Below, piece by piece: positions 1 through 9,320 of a stretch of DNA of 64,000 nt. Origin of the DNA: Phycisphaerales bacterium. GTDB lineage: Bacteria; Planctomycetota; Phycisphaerae; Phycisphaerales; UBA5793. Both the position numbers and the translations under genes were made by a program. The notes under the pieces are model-generated. The model did no database searches. It saw nothing but the letters and a program-made list of their open reading frames with translations, and had not been told where the DNA came from. Each line of letters starts with the position of its first letter. The stretch's first letter is position 1. Where the stretch lies: the NCBI GenBank assembly GCA_044229655.1, contig JBGASM010000013.1, positions 45 to 64,044 on the forward strand, read 5' to 3'.

Positions 1-584
1 CCATTTCACCCCCTCGCGACTTTCTGAACCCGCCGCTCGCCGCACCCGTAGTGATCCAAGTTGACGTCGATTGGCTTGTATGCGATGAGGACCGCTGTTT
101 GCCGGGCTCAGCAACAAGTTCCCTGACATTGCCCGTGGCGACCCCGGAAAACCCCGCGATGACGGCCAACTCAGACCGCTTTGATCCCTTCCTTCGCAAG
201 GTTCCCCAGGGGCCTATGAATCTGGATGAATTGACACGTCGGACCACAGCAACCGTGACGTGGACCCCGAAACCGTTGAACGGTGACAATTCTGACAACA
301 ATGCCGACGACCATCTCGGTTGGGAATTTGAACTTGTTCGACCCGGCGAAACCGCGACTTCCGATGCTCCCTCCCCCTTTATTGACTTCTTTCCACTGAA
401 CGATGAAAACAAGGACCACGCGATTTTTGTGGCAATGCAGATCTGCGGCCCCATGCGCATCGACTTTCGCCGCCCCGCCGGTTCCCGCGCCGCCGCGCGG
501 TTGCGCGGCGTCGTCGTGATGCGGCCGAAACCGGACGGACCCATAGAGTACTACGAGGTGGACTCGCTCGAACCCGGCCAATAA
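1..584 (+). CDS. DsbD N-terminal-like thiol:disulfide interchange domain protein (5'-truncated by window edge)
   Basis: Frame open from the window edge. WLVCDEDRCLPG matches the nDsbD C-x4-C-x-P motif. A redoxin gene follows, as is usual. Confidence 0.65.
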   Translation, partial: ISPPRDFLNPPLAAPVVIQVDVDWLVCDEDRCLPGSATSSLTLPVATPENPAMTANSDRFDPFLRKVPQGPMNLDELTRRTTATVTWTPKPLNGDNSDNNADDHLGWEFELVRPGETATSDAPSPFIDFFPLNDENKDHAIFVAMQICGPMRIDFRRPAGSRAAARLRGVVVMRPKPDGPIEYYEVDSLEPGQ

Positions 585-694
585 TCAGAGAAAGCGGCTG
601 AATCAGACGTTCTGACCAGCCGACAACGGAATACCCAGCCCTCTGTGGGCATCCATTTCAGAGTGGTTTTTCGAGGAATCAAGGAGATTTGCAC

Positions 695-1363
695 ATGTGT
701 TGTCTTTCGAATTGCGTCGGTCTGAAATCGCTGGCACTCGCTGGGCTCATCGCCGGCGTAGTCGGTTTTTCCACCGTCGGAACCAGTGTGTTTGCTGAGC
801 CGCCCAAGGATCAGCCCAAGCAGGCGCAGCCGAAGGCCGCCATCAAGATCGGGGATTCCGCTCCTGTTTTCAGCGTTGAGGATCAGGACGGTAAGAAGGT
901 GAATCTCTCCGATTTCAAGGGAAAGATCGTCGTCCTCGAGTGGTTCAACCCCGGCTGTCCGTTCGTCGTTGGCGCTCATGAGAAGGGCCTGCTGAAGGAC
1001 TATGCCGCGAAGGCTGTCAAGGACGATGGCGTCGTGTGGCTCAGCGTCGCTACCGGCCCCGCGGCGGACAAGGCCGCCATCACAACCGCACGCAAGAACT
1101 GGTCGATCAGCAACGCAGTCCTCATGGACAAAGATGGCACCATCGCCAAGGCGTACGGCGCCAAGACAACTCCCCACATGTTTGTCATCGATAAGGATGG
1201 CAAGTTGGCGTACATGGGCGCTATTGACAACGCCCCAATGGGCAAGGTCGATGGCGGCGGTGAGACGATCAACTATGTCGCCAACGCGATCAAGGAATTG
1301 AAGGCCGGCACGGCCGTGAGCACGCCCGAAACCCGCTCATATGGCTGCAGCGTCAAGTTCTGA
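695..1363 (+). CDS. Exported redoxin / AhpC-TSA family thioredoxin-fold protein
   Basis: Signal-like N-terminus; IGDSAPVFS, LEWFNPGCPFV, YGAKTTPHMFVID, YMGAIDN and terminal YGCSVK motifs; AAGGAG SD at 681-686 before ATG 695. Confidence 0.9.
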   Translation: MCCLSNCVGLKSLALAGLIAGVVGFSTVGTSVFAEPPKDQPKQAQPKAAIKIGDSAPVFSVEDQDGKKVNLSDFKGKIVVLEWFNPGCPFVVGAHEKGLLKDYAAKAVKDDGVVWLSVATGPAADKAAITTARKNWSISNAVLMDKDGTIAKAYGAKTTPHMFVIDKDGKLAYMGAIDNAPMGKVDGGGETINYVANAIKELKAGTAVSTPETRSYGCSVKF

Positions 1364-1422
1364 ACAGGCACGAACCCTTTCATGATCAAAAAGGCCGGCG
1401 GACGAGAGCCGGCCTTCCCACC

Positions 1423-1458
1423 GACGAAACCGTCCTAAAGGGCGGTTTCGTCTTTTTT
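1423..1458 (+). terminator. Rho-independent terminator after redoxin gene
   Basis: GACGAAACCGTCC-taaa-GGGCGGTTTCGTC stem followed by TTTTTT; a second hairpin lies at 1391-1416. Confidence 0.85.
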
Positions 1459-1629
1459 CCCTCGCCCCGATGGCTGTTTCCCGTCGGCGATCTCGCTTTG
1501 CCCGGTCGGGTCCAGCGCATACCCTTGCGGTCTGCCCGGAATCCGTCAAGGTGGCGGTTCAGGGCCTGATTCGGGACCACATTTCAGCGATCGGTCCATT
1601 CCTGCTTCCTCAGAGACAAGGGCGTTTCC

Positions 1630-1920
1630 ATGGGTCGTCAATGCGATATTTCCGGTGCCAAGACCTCGCGCGGCAACATGATCCGCTATCGAGGTAAGGC
1701 AAAATACCTCGGCGGCGTCGGCAAGAAGGTCACCTCGATCGCGCGGCGCACTTTCAAGCCGAATCTCCAGACCGTCAACGCGATTGTCGATGGCAAGCCC
1801 GCCCGCTTGCGCGTCACCACTCGCGTGCTCAAAACCCAGGGGCTCGTGCTCAAGCCGCTCAAACGGAAATACGGTTACACCCGTCAGCAGAAGTCGGCCG
1901 GCGCCAAATCAGCCGGGTAA
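1630..1920 (+). CDS. rpmB: 50S ribosomal protein L28
   Basis: MGRQCDISG...GN...RGKAKYLGGVGKK...RRTFKPNLQ is the L28 signature with the PVC-type insertion. Confidence 0.95.
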   Translation: MGRQCDISGAKTSRGNMIRYRGKAKYLGGVGKKVTSIARRTFKPNLQTVNAIVDGKPARLRVTTRVLKTQGLVLKPLKRKYGYTRQQKSAGAKSAG

Positions 1921-1946
1921 ATCCCTGCCCATGATTGAATGTTCAG

Positions 1947-1980
1947 GCGACCGGTCTTTGGGCCGGTCGCTTTTCGTTTT
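1947..1980 (+). terminator. Rho-independent terminator after rpmB
   Basis: GCGACCGGTC-tttg-GGCCGGTCGC stem plus TTTTCGTTTT. Confidence 0.8.
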
Positions 1981-2024
1981 GGTCAGTCGTCGAGCCAGTA
2001 GCCTGAAAATCTGAGAAATCCGCC

Positions 2025-2834
2025 GTGCAACACCCTCCCCCAGCCTCATCGTCTGCCCTCACGTACACCTCCTACCTGAAGGTCCACGAACTTCTCAGCC
2101 TCCAGGAGCGCAAGAGCAGTCCGCCTGAACATGACGAGATGCTGTTCATCGTGATTCACCAGGTGTACGAACTGTGGTTCAAGCAGATCATTCATGAAAT
2201 GGCCTTCCTCCAGAGCGCATTGGAGACCAACGATGCGCCCCGCGCTGCGCACACCTTTAAACGCATCCTGACGATCCTCAAGACCCTGGTTGCGCAGATT
2301 GACGTGCTCGAGACCATGACTCCCCTTTCCTTCGCATCCTTCCGCGGACGCCTTGAAAGCGCCAGCGGCTTCCAGTCCGTGCAGTTCCGACAGGTGGAGT
2401 TCATCCTGGGCAATAAGAACGCCCGGATGCTCGAGCATCACCGCCACGATCCCCACTCCACCGCCGCACTCAGGCAGGCATACCAGGCCCGCACCCTCTA
2501 CGACTCCTTCCTTCAGTTCCTGGCCGCCAACGGCTTCTCCATCCCGCCCGCGGTCCTGACTCGCGATGTGACGGCCGCCATTCCGCAGGATGAGGGTGTG
2601 CGCAGCGAGTTGCTGCGCGCCTATCGCACCCATCCCACCGCCGCCGCCATGTGCGAACGCATGGTCGATCTCGATGAGGGACTGCAGGAGTGGCGCTACC
2701 GCCATGTGAAAATGGTCGAACGCACCATCGGAAGCAAAATCGGAACCGGCGGAAGCGCAGGCGCGGACTACCTCAGGTCCACCCTCTTCAGACCGCACTT
2801 CCCCGACTTATGGACCATTCGCGCTGAGTTGTGA
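2025..2834 (+). CDS. kynA: Tryptophan 2,3-dioxygenase
   Basis: YLKVHELLSLQ, HDEMLFIVIHQVYELWFKQ, ASGFQSVQFR, WRYRHVKMVERTIGSKIGTGGSAG. Confidence 0.95.
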   Translation: MQHPPPASSSALTYTSYLKVHELLSLQERKSSPPEHDEMLFIVIHQVYELWFKQIIHEMAFLQSALETNDAPRAAHTFKRILTILKTLVAQIDVLETMTPLSFASFRGRLESASGFQSVQFRQVEFILGNKNARMLEHHRHDPHSTAALRQAYQARTLYDSFLQFLAANGFSIPPAVLTRDVTAAIPQDEGVRSELLRAYRTHPTAAAMCERMVDLDEGLQEWRYRHVKMVERTIGSKIGTGGSAGADYLRSTLFRPHFPDLWTIRAEL

Positions 2835-2927
2835 GCCGTTCCGGCCGATTTGCTGAGGTTCTGGCTGCGTGTGCCTGGGTACGCTTCCATGGTGATATGA
2901 GCAGCAGTCCCGCTCAAGGAGCCTGAG

Positions 2928-4154
2928 ATGGCGAAACAAACAGCGGTCAAGCGCGCCGGACAACGCACGAAGCCCGCCCCCCGATCCGCCCCAGCGACCC
3001 GCAAGCGCACGAGCAGGTCCGGCCCCAGCCCCCGCGAATTGCTCGTCGCGACGCGCAAAGGACTGTTCCAGTTACGCCCCAGCGCCGGCGAAACGGCGGC
3101 CCGCGCCTCTTGGTCCATCGTGCGGACATCCTTCCTCGGCAGCAACGTCTCCATGGTTCTGTGCGATCCGCGCGACGGCGCGCTCTATGCCGCACTCGAC
3201 CACGGCCACTTCGGCGTCAAACTCCACGCCTCCCGCGATCACGGCAAGACCTGGACGGAACTGGTTGCACCGAAATATCCCGAAGGCGCGATGATCCCTG
3301 TCAACCCCGATGGGTTCTTCAAGGAAGCTCGGCCCGCCACGTTGAAACTCATCTGGGCCCTGGAGGCCGGCGGCCCCGATATGCCCGGTGAACTCTGGTG
3401 CGGCACGCTGCCCGGCGGCTTGTTTCGCTCGACCGATCACGGCACATCCTGGGAACTGATCCGCAGTCTGTGGGATCGACCCGAGCGCGCCAGCTGGTTT
3501 GGCGGCGGGTATGACTACCCGGGCATCCATTCAATTCACATCGACCCGCGCGATCCTCGCCATGTCACCATCGCCATTTCCTGCGGTGGCGTGTGGACTT
3601 CTCATGACCGAGGCGCGACCTGGGATCTGCTCGGAGCGGGAATGACCGCTTCCTACATGCCTCCGCAGCGCGCCAGCGACCCCGTGATCCAGGATCCTCA
3701 TCGGCTCGCAGCCTGCTCGGCTCATCCTGATGTCATGTGGGTACAGCACCATGACTCCGTCTATCGCTCGACTGATGCGGGCAAGACCTTTACGGAACTG
3801 ACCGCCGCCAGGCCGAGCCGCTTCGGCTTCGCGGTCGCCGCCCATCCCACCGACCCGAACGTCGCATGGTTTGCCCCGGCCGTGAAGGATGAGCAGCGCG
3901 TCCCGGTGAAAGGGCGCGTCGTCATCTCTCGCACCCGTAATGCGGGCAAGACTTTTGAGGTTCTCACCCGCGGGCTTCCCCAGGATCACGCGTACGACCT
4001 GACGTTTCGGCATTGTCTGGACGTGGATTCCACCGGAACTCAGTTGGCATTTGGGTCGACGACCGGCTCCCTATGGATGTCGCGCGACGGCGGTGATTCC
4101 TGGAGCACCCTCGCTGCCAACCTCCCCCCGGTGTATTGCGTCCGCTGGGTCTGA
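2928..4154 (+). CDS. BNR/Asp-box repeat beta-propeller protein (sialidase-like fold, function unknown)
   Basis: Repeated SxDxGxTW Asp boxes (SRDHGKTW, STDHGTSW, SHDRGATW, STDAGKTF, SRDGGDSW); AAGGAG SD. Confidence 0.85.
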   Translation: MAKQTAVKRAGQRTKPAPRSAPATRKRTSRSGPSPRELLVATRKGLFQLRPSAGETAARASWSIVRTSFLGSNVSMVLCDPRDGALYAALDHGHFGVKLHASRDHGKTWTELVAPKYPEGAMIPVNPDGFFKEARPATLKLIWALEAGGPDMPGELWCGTLPGGLFRSTDHGTSWELIRSLWDRPERASWFGGGYDYPGIHSIHIDPRDPRHVTIAISCGGVWTSHDRGATWDLLGAGMTASYMPPQRASDPVIQDPHRLAACSAHPDVMWVQHHDSVYRSTDAGKTFTELTAARPSRFGFAVAAHPTDPNVAWFAPAVKDEQRVPVKGRVVISRTRNAGKTFEVLTRGLPQDHAYDLTFRHCLDVDSTGTQLAFGSTTGSLWMSRDGGDSWSTLAANLPPVYCVRWV

Positions 4155-4170
4155 GCGGTGCCTGCCTGAA

Positions 4171-5424
4171 TCAGTCCAGCGTCTTGAGCGCCGCGTCCAT
4201 CTGCCTCCAGCGCTGCTCCAGACTGCCGGTGTATCCGATGGAGAATCGGATCAGCCCGGGGGAAAGACCCGCGGCCCTCATGTCCTCTTCGGACAGTTCG
4301 CTTGAAGTGGAAGTCGCCGAGTGCGACATCAGCGTGTCAAAATACCCCAGTGAAACCGCAATCCAGCCGAAATGCTGATCCATTTGCAGCGCAGCCATGA
4401 GGCGGTTGGCCCGCTCTGGAGTCTTGAGATCAAGTGCCAGGATGCCGCCGAACCCGTAGTCCCGGTACATGATCCTCTTCATGAGTCCGTGGTGGGGGTG
4501 AGTCGGCAGGCCGGGATAGATCACTCGCAGACCGCGCTCCGAGAGCCGTTCCGCAAAAGCCTGCGCACGCTGGGAGTGCTCGCGCATGCGCAACGGGAGA
4601 TGCGGCAGCCGCAGCGAAATGTGAAACGCGGTGTGCGGGTCCATCGTCGGCCCCAGCAGCATGAGCGCTCCCATGTGCACATCCATCAGGCTCGTGACAA
4701 ACTCAGTCGTCGAGCAGATGCAGCCAGCTATGAAGTCGCTCGCGCCGTTGATGTACTTGGTCAGCGAGTGGATGACCACGTCCGCGCCGAGGCGCGCAGG
4801 CGAAATGACCAGCGGCGTGAACGTATTGTCCACGACGAGCTTCACGCCATGCCGATGCGCCAGTTCCGCCAGGGCCGGGATGTCCGCGACATTCAGTGTC
4901 GGGTTCGCGACTGTCTCACAGTAAATCACGCGCGTCCGCGTGGTAATGGCTCGTTCCACCGCTCCGAGATCATTGATGTTGACGAACGTCGTGCTGATGG
5001 CGGTCTTGGCGGGCAGGAACTCCTTGAGCAGCGCAAAAGTCCCGCCATAGAGCGTGTTGGACGCCACCACATGGTCGCCGCTTGCGCAGCACTGCAGGAG
5101 CGCAGCCGCGATGGCGGAAAGTCCCGACGCGGTGCAGTAACCAGCCGCGGTCCCTTCGATGGCCGCCAATTGGCGCCCCAGCACGTACACGGTCGGGTTG
5201 AAGTGCCGGCCATACAGATAGCACCCGCCTGAATCCGGTCCGAGGTGCCCCTGGAAGATCTCCGGCATCGTGTGCGGGTCGAGAACCGTAAAGGTCGTTG
5301 ATGACTCAATGGACATGTTCACCCCGCCATGTTCCCCGAATTCGTGTCGGAGCGCCGCCAGCGCTTCGATGGGGTCAGCGGGTGTGGGAGATCGGCCGCC
5401 TGGTGTATCCGAGGAATTTGTCAT
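4171..5424 (-). CDS. Methionine gamma-lyase-like Cys/Met metabolism PLP enzyme (plant-type subfamily)
   Basis: YGRHFNPT, ASGLSAI, LYGGT, VVDNTF, HSLTKY (PLP lysine), AVSLGY, GLIRFSIG; N-terminal HEFGEHGGVNMSIE. Confidence 0.85.
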   Translation of the reverse strand: MTNSSDTPGGRSPTPADPIEALAALRHEFGEHGGVNMSIESSTTFTVLDPHTMPEIFQGHLGPDSGGCYLYGRHFNPTVYVLGRQLAAIEGTAAGYCTASGLSAIAAALLQCCASGDHVVASNTLYGGTFALLKEFLPAKTAISTTFVNINDLGAVERAITTRTRVIYCETVANPTLNVADIPALAELAHRHGVKLVVDNTFTPLVISPARLGADVVIHSLTKYINGASDFIAGCICSTTEFVTSLMDVHMGALMLLGPTMDPHTAFHISLRLPHLPLRMREHSQRAQAFAERLSERGLRVIYPGLPTHPHHGLMKRIMYRDYGFGGILALDLKTPERANRLMAALQMDQHFGWIAVSLGYFDTLMSHSATSTSSELSEEDMRAAGLSPGLIRFSIGYTGSLEQRWRQMDAALKTLD

Positions 5425-5666
5425 GGAGAGATCCGGATGAAAAGTGGTTCACGCGAGGGTCAGTGCCGTGACATTTTGGGCAAGCGCACGAGTCTAATCT
5501 GACATTCTCCTGATTTTGCCGGAAAAAAGGAGAGAAGTGACAGCCAATCAATGGAAAGGTGCGGTATATGTCTGTGGCGTGGCAGGAGCCCTCCGCGCCA
5601 TAGAACCAACGTCACGACGAGTTATCGGGCTAGATTCGACCGTTGCCTTGGAGGAAGGAAGACAAG

Positions 5667-7250
5667 ATGCTTTCGATTTTGTCCAAGTCACGCCCAATGG
5701 GGGTGTTGGCGGGATTCGTCGCCATGTTGACTGCAGCGGCAGCCCATGCCCAGCCTGCCCTGGTTGCCAAGTTGAATTCCGATGACGGCGTCCTGGGCGA
5801 CCTCTTGGGCAGCAGTGCCGCCATCGAGGGTGAAACAGTCTTCCTCGGCGCTCCCGACGACACCGTTGGCAGCACCTTCCGAAGCGGGTCGGTGTATGTC
5901 TTCGAGCGCGTCAACGGGCTGTGGGTGCAGACGGACAAGCTGATCCCGCCCGACCGCGCGATGGACAACGCCTTTGGAACCGCCATTGCCGTCGAAGGCG
6001 ACCTCGCTGTCATCAGCGCCCTTGAGGGCGAAGCCGGCGGCGTGAGCAATGCCGGAGCCGCGTACGTCTACCGCCGGTCTGCCGGCGTATGGACCTTGGA
6101 GGCCAAACTCATTGCCGGAGACGCTGACACCAGCGATGGCTTCGGGTACTCAGTCGCCGTCAGCGGCAACACCATCATGGTCGGCGCCGTGGATGAAGGT
6201 GATGTGTTCTTCAGCAATGGAGCCGTCTACGTCTTTCGCAATACCACTGGAAACTGGAAGCAGATTGCGAAACTCGTCGCCTCCGATCCGGCCGACTTTG
6301 ACTACTTCGGCAGCAGCGTCGCTCTCTCCGGTACGACTGCCATCATCGGCGCTCCCGGCAACGACACTCCCGCGGGAGTCGACACAGGCTCAGCCTACGT
6401 CTTCGAGGAAATCGACGGCATATGGACCGAATCGAGCAATCTCGTCTCTTCCGACGCTGCTCCCTTCGATGCATTTGGTTCCAGCGTCGCGATGACCCCC
6501 GTGCGCGCTGTTGTCGGGGCATACCTTGACGATCTCGTCGGCGCTAACGAGGGCTCCGCCTACATCTTTGATGACGTTGACGGCCTCTGGACCGAAACCG
6601 CGAAACTGACCGCAGGGGATGCGGCCGCCGATGATGAATTTGGCTGGCGCGTCGACATCGATGGCGTCAACGTCGCCGTCGCAGCCCATATGGATAACTT
6701 TCCCGGCGCGCGCGATGCGGGTTCCGCGTATGTCTTCAGCGATGCAAGCGGCGCCTGGAAACAGATCGCCAAGTTGCAGGAAGATCAGCCTGCCATCGCC
6801 GACCAGATGGGCCGCAGCCTCGGCATCAGCGGCGACTTCGTGATCGCCGGCGCCTGGCAAGATGACGTGAACAATGTCTCTGACCTCGGCACCGGATACC
6901 TCTTTGATCTCGTGCCCGACCCCCCGCCTGACCTCACGATTACAGTGACCTCGCAGTGCCCCAGCGGCGGGACGGTCTCCGTCTCCTGGACCGGCGCGAC
7001 CCCCAACGGGCAGGTGGCCCTGCTCCTGAGCCCCAACCCGGGGAACTTCGTGATTCCCGCCGGAAACCCCTGCGTCGGCACCCAGCTTGGTCTGGCCGGC
7101 AATGGCATCCGGATTGTGTACCAGGGCGGGGCGGGGCAGTTCGGCATCCGGACCGTGCAGGGGAATGCCTCTCCGGGGACATGCGGCCAGCTGCTTCAGC
7201 TGCTGGACATCGATTCCTGCCGGACCAGCAACGTCGAACCGGTTGACTGA
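5667..7250 (+). CDS. Secreted FG-GAP repeat beta-propeller protein with C-terminal ~100-aa module
   Basis: Signal peptide ending AAAAHA-Q; about seven FG-GAP_2-type repeats (FGxSVAxSG...GA...GSAYVF); Cys-containing C-terminal domain. Confidence 0.9.
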   Translation: MLSILSKSRPMGVLAGFVAMLTAAAAHAQPALVAKLNSDDGVLGDLLGSSAAIEGETVFLGAPDDTVGSTFRSGSVYVFERVNGLWVQTDKLIPPDRAMDNAFGTAIAVEGDLAVISALEGEAGGVSNAGAAYVYRRSAGVWTLEAKLIAGDADTSDGFGYSVAVSGNTIMVGAVDEGDVFFSNGAVYVFRNTTGNWKQIAKLVASDPADFDYFGSSVALSGTTAIIGAPGNDTPAGVDTGSAYVFEEIDGIWTESSNLVSSDAAPFDAFGSSVAMTPVRAVVGAYLDDLVGANEGSAYIFDDVDGLWTETAKLTAGDAAADDEFGWRVDIDGVNVAVAAHMDNFPGARDAGSAYVFSDASGAWKQIAKLQEDQPAIADQMGRSLGISGDFVIAGAWQDDVNNVSDLGTGYLFDLVPDPPPDLTITVTSQCPSGGTVSVSWTGATPNGQVALLLSPNPGNFVIPAGNPCVGTQLGLAGNGIRIVYQGGAGQFGIRTVQGNASPGTCGQLLQLLDIDSCRTSNVEPVD

Positions 7251-7330
7251 CGCCCCTCCATTCCGACCCGCCGCCCCAACGTCTCCGCCGCCCTCCGATT
7301 TGGGCCTCCTGCCCGCGCCCGGTCCTTGAT

Positions 7331-7358
7331 TTGGCGTCAGGCCCCGGGGTGTTATTAT
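7331..7358 (+). promoter_or_regulatory. Putative sigma70-type promoter for the nusA operon
   Basis: TTGGCG-16 nt-TATTAT with TG extended -10; the most AT-rich patch upstream of the long leader. Confidence 0.4.
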
Positions 7359-7753
7359 TCTCGGTTCGCGTCGTGGACGCGAAGTTGCGGCTTGCTGGAG
7401 ACTGCCATGCGACGGAACGACAGCCGTGGTTGACCGGCGGAACCCAAAATCGAAGCGCGGCCAAACCGCGCGGCGGATGGGTTCGTGTCCGGCCGATGCT
7501 CAGGGACCTTTTTCCCGGGGCGTGCTCGGCGTCGCAGGCATGCGGACGGCCTTCTGTATGAAGGAGTGCGCATGACCTGAGACAAAGGGCTCAGATCGGC
7601 TTTCGTTCGCGCAGCGCAGAGATCTGACGCACGCGGCGACTTGACGGCCACGACCGCTTCCCAGCGTTTGTGGTTCGTGTGTTTTTGGACATCTCGACAT
7701 CTTGACAAACTGACAACCAGACGATTCGACGAAATCAGGAAAGGCGCAGCTGA

Positions 7754-9229
7754 ATGAATCAGGAAACCATCCGACTGATCGACAATATGGCCCGGGATCG
7801 CAAGATCGACCGGGAGGTCATTTTCACCGACATCGAGGCGGCCATGGTCTCCGCCGCGCGCAAGCATTTCGGATCGCTCGATACCGAGGAGTTCCGCTGC
7901 GAGTTTGATCGCATCACGGGCAAGATCCGCCTGTGGCGCGCCGTGGGTGTCGAAGTCGATCCCGAGACCGGCCTGCTCCCCGAGGGCGTCGAGCCCGAGT
8001 GGGAGGAAATCGACATCAACGTCCTCGGGCGCATTCCCGCCCAGACTGCCAAGCAGGTCATGATTCAGCGCTTCCGCGAGGATGAGCGCCAGTCGCTCTT
8101 CACGGAGTTCTCCAAGCGCGTCGGCGAACTCACGACCGGCACCGCGCAACGTTACGAAGGCGGCGCCCTGGTCATCCAGCTGGATCGCGGCGAGGGCTTC
8201 ATGCCCCGCTCCGAGGGCATCCCCGGCGAGCAGTTCCAGCCCGGCGACCGCGTGCGCTGCCTCATCAAGGACGTGCGCGATATGGGCAACCAGGTCAAGA
8301 TTGTCCTGTCCCGCGCCGATCCCGATTTCATTCGCCGCCTCTTCGAGGTCGAAGTCCCCGAAGTTTCCGAACGCATCATCGAGATCAAGGCGATGGCCCG
8401 CGAGCCCGGCTTCCGCACCAAGCTCGCCGTCGCTTCGATTGACTCCAAGGTCGATCCCGTCGGCGCCTGCGTTGGCGTGCGCGGCAGCCGCATCAAGAAC
8501 ATCGTCGATGAACTCGGCGGCGAGAAGATTGACATCGTCCGCTGGAACGACTCCAGCCAGATTCTCATTCAGAACGCTCTCAAGCCCGCCGAGGTGAAGG
8601 ATGTTTCCCTCTGCTTTGAGCTGGGTCGGGCCACCGTCGTCGTTGCTGAGGATCAGCTCAGCCTCGCCATCGGCAAACGCGGCCAGAATGTGCGCCTCGC
8701 GGCCCGCCTTACCGGCTGGGACGTGGACATCCTTACTCCGGGCGAATATGCCAAGGGCCTCGAAACTCTGGTCGAAACCCTGAAGCAGGTGGAAGGTCTG
8801 AACGAGGATCACTTCGACAAACTCGCGGCTCTGGGCATGATCAGCGTCTTCGACGTGGAGGAGGTCGGCATCGAGGTCCTGCAGCAGGAACTCGGCGTCA
8901 ACTCCGAGCAGGCTGACCGTATGGTCGAAATCGCCTCCGCCCGGGCCAAGGTCGTCGCCGAAGAGCAGCAGAAAGCCAAGGAAGAGGAAGAGAAGCGCAG
9001 GTCTGAGGAAGCGCGCCTGGCCGCCAGCGTGCTCGGCGGTGCCGGAGCCCCGTCCGCGCCGGCCAACCCCGCTGCTGAAGCTGCGGCCGATTCCATCCTG
9101 GGCTTGGTCAGCGAGCCCGCTCCTGAAGTTTCCGCGGATTCCTCAGCAGACGCTGCGCCGGTTCCCACCACCAAGCCGGCCCGCGCTGCAGCGCGCAAGA
9201 GCAGCGAGTCCGTGTTTGAGGATGCATAG
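7754..9229 (+). CDS. nusA: Transcription termination/antitermination factor NusA
   Basis: GRIPAQTAKQV, AREPGFRTKLAV, DPVGACVGVRGSRI, LSLAIGKRGQNVRLAARLTGW. Confidence 0.98.
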   Translation: MNQETIRLIDNMARDRKIDREVIFTDIEAAMVSAARKHFGSLDTEEFRCEFDRITGKIRLWRAVGVEVDPETGLLPEGVEPEWEEIDINVLGRIPAQTAKQVMIQRFREDERQSLFTEFSKRVGELTTGTAQRYEGGALVIQLDRGEGFMPRSEGIPGEQFQPGDRVRCLIKDVRDMGNQVKIVLSRADPDFIRRLFEVEVPEVSERIIEIKAMAREPGFRTKLAVASIDSKVDPVGACVGVRGSRIKNIVDELGGEKIDIVRWNDSSQILIQNALKPAEVKDVSLCFELGRATVVVAEDQLSLAIGKRGQNVRLAARLTGWDVDILTPGEYAKGLETLVETLKQVEGLNEDHFDKLAALGMISVFDVEEVGIEVLQQELGVNSEQADRMVEIASARAKVVAEEQQKAKEEEEKRRSEEARLAASVLGGAGAPSAPANPAAEAAADSILGLVSEPAPEVSADSSADAAPVPTTKPARAAARKSSESVFEDA

Positions 9230-9320
9230 TCAGTACATCGACACGTCACGTCACGTGTCGATGGAGTAAGTGTGTGCAGAGGGCAGAAGAGACGACGGTA
9301 CGAATTCTGAGGAGCAGGTC

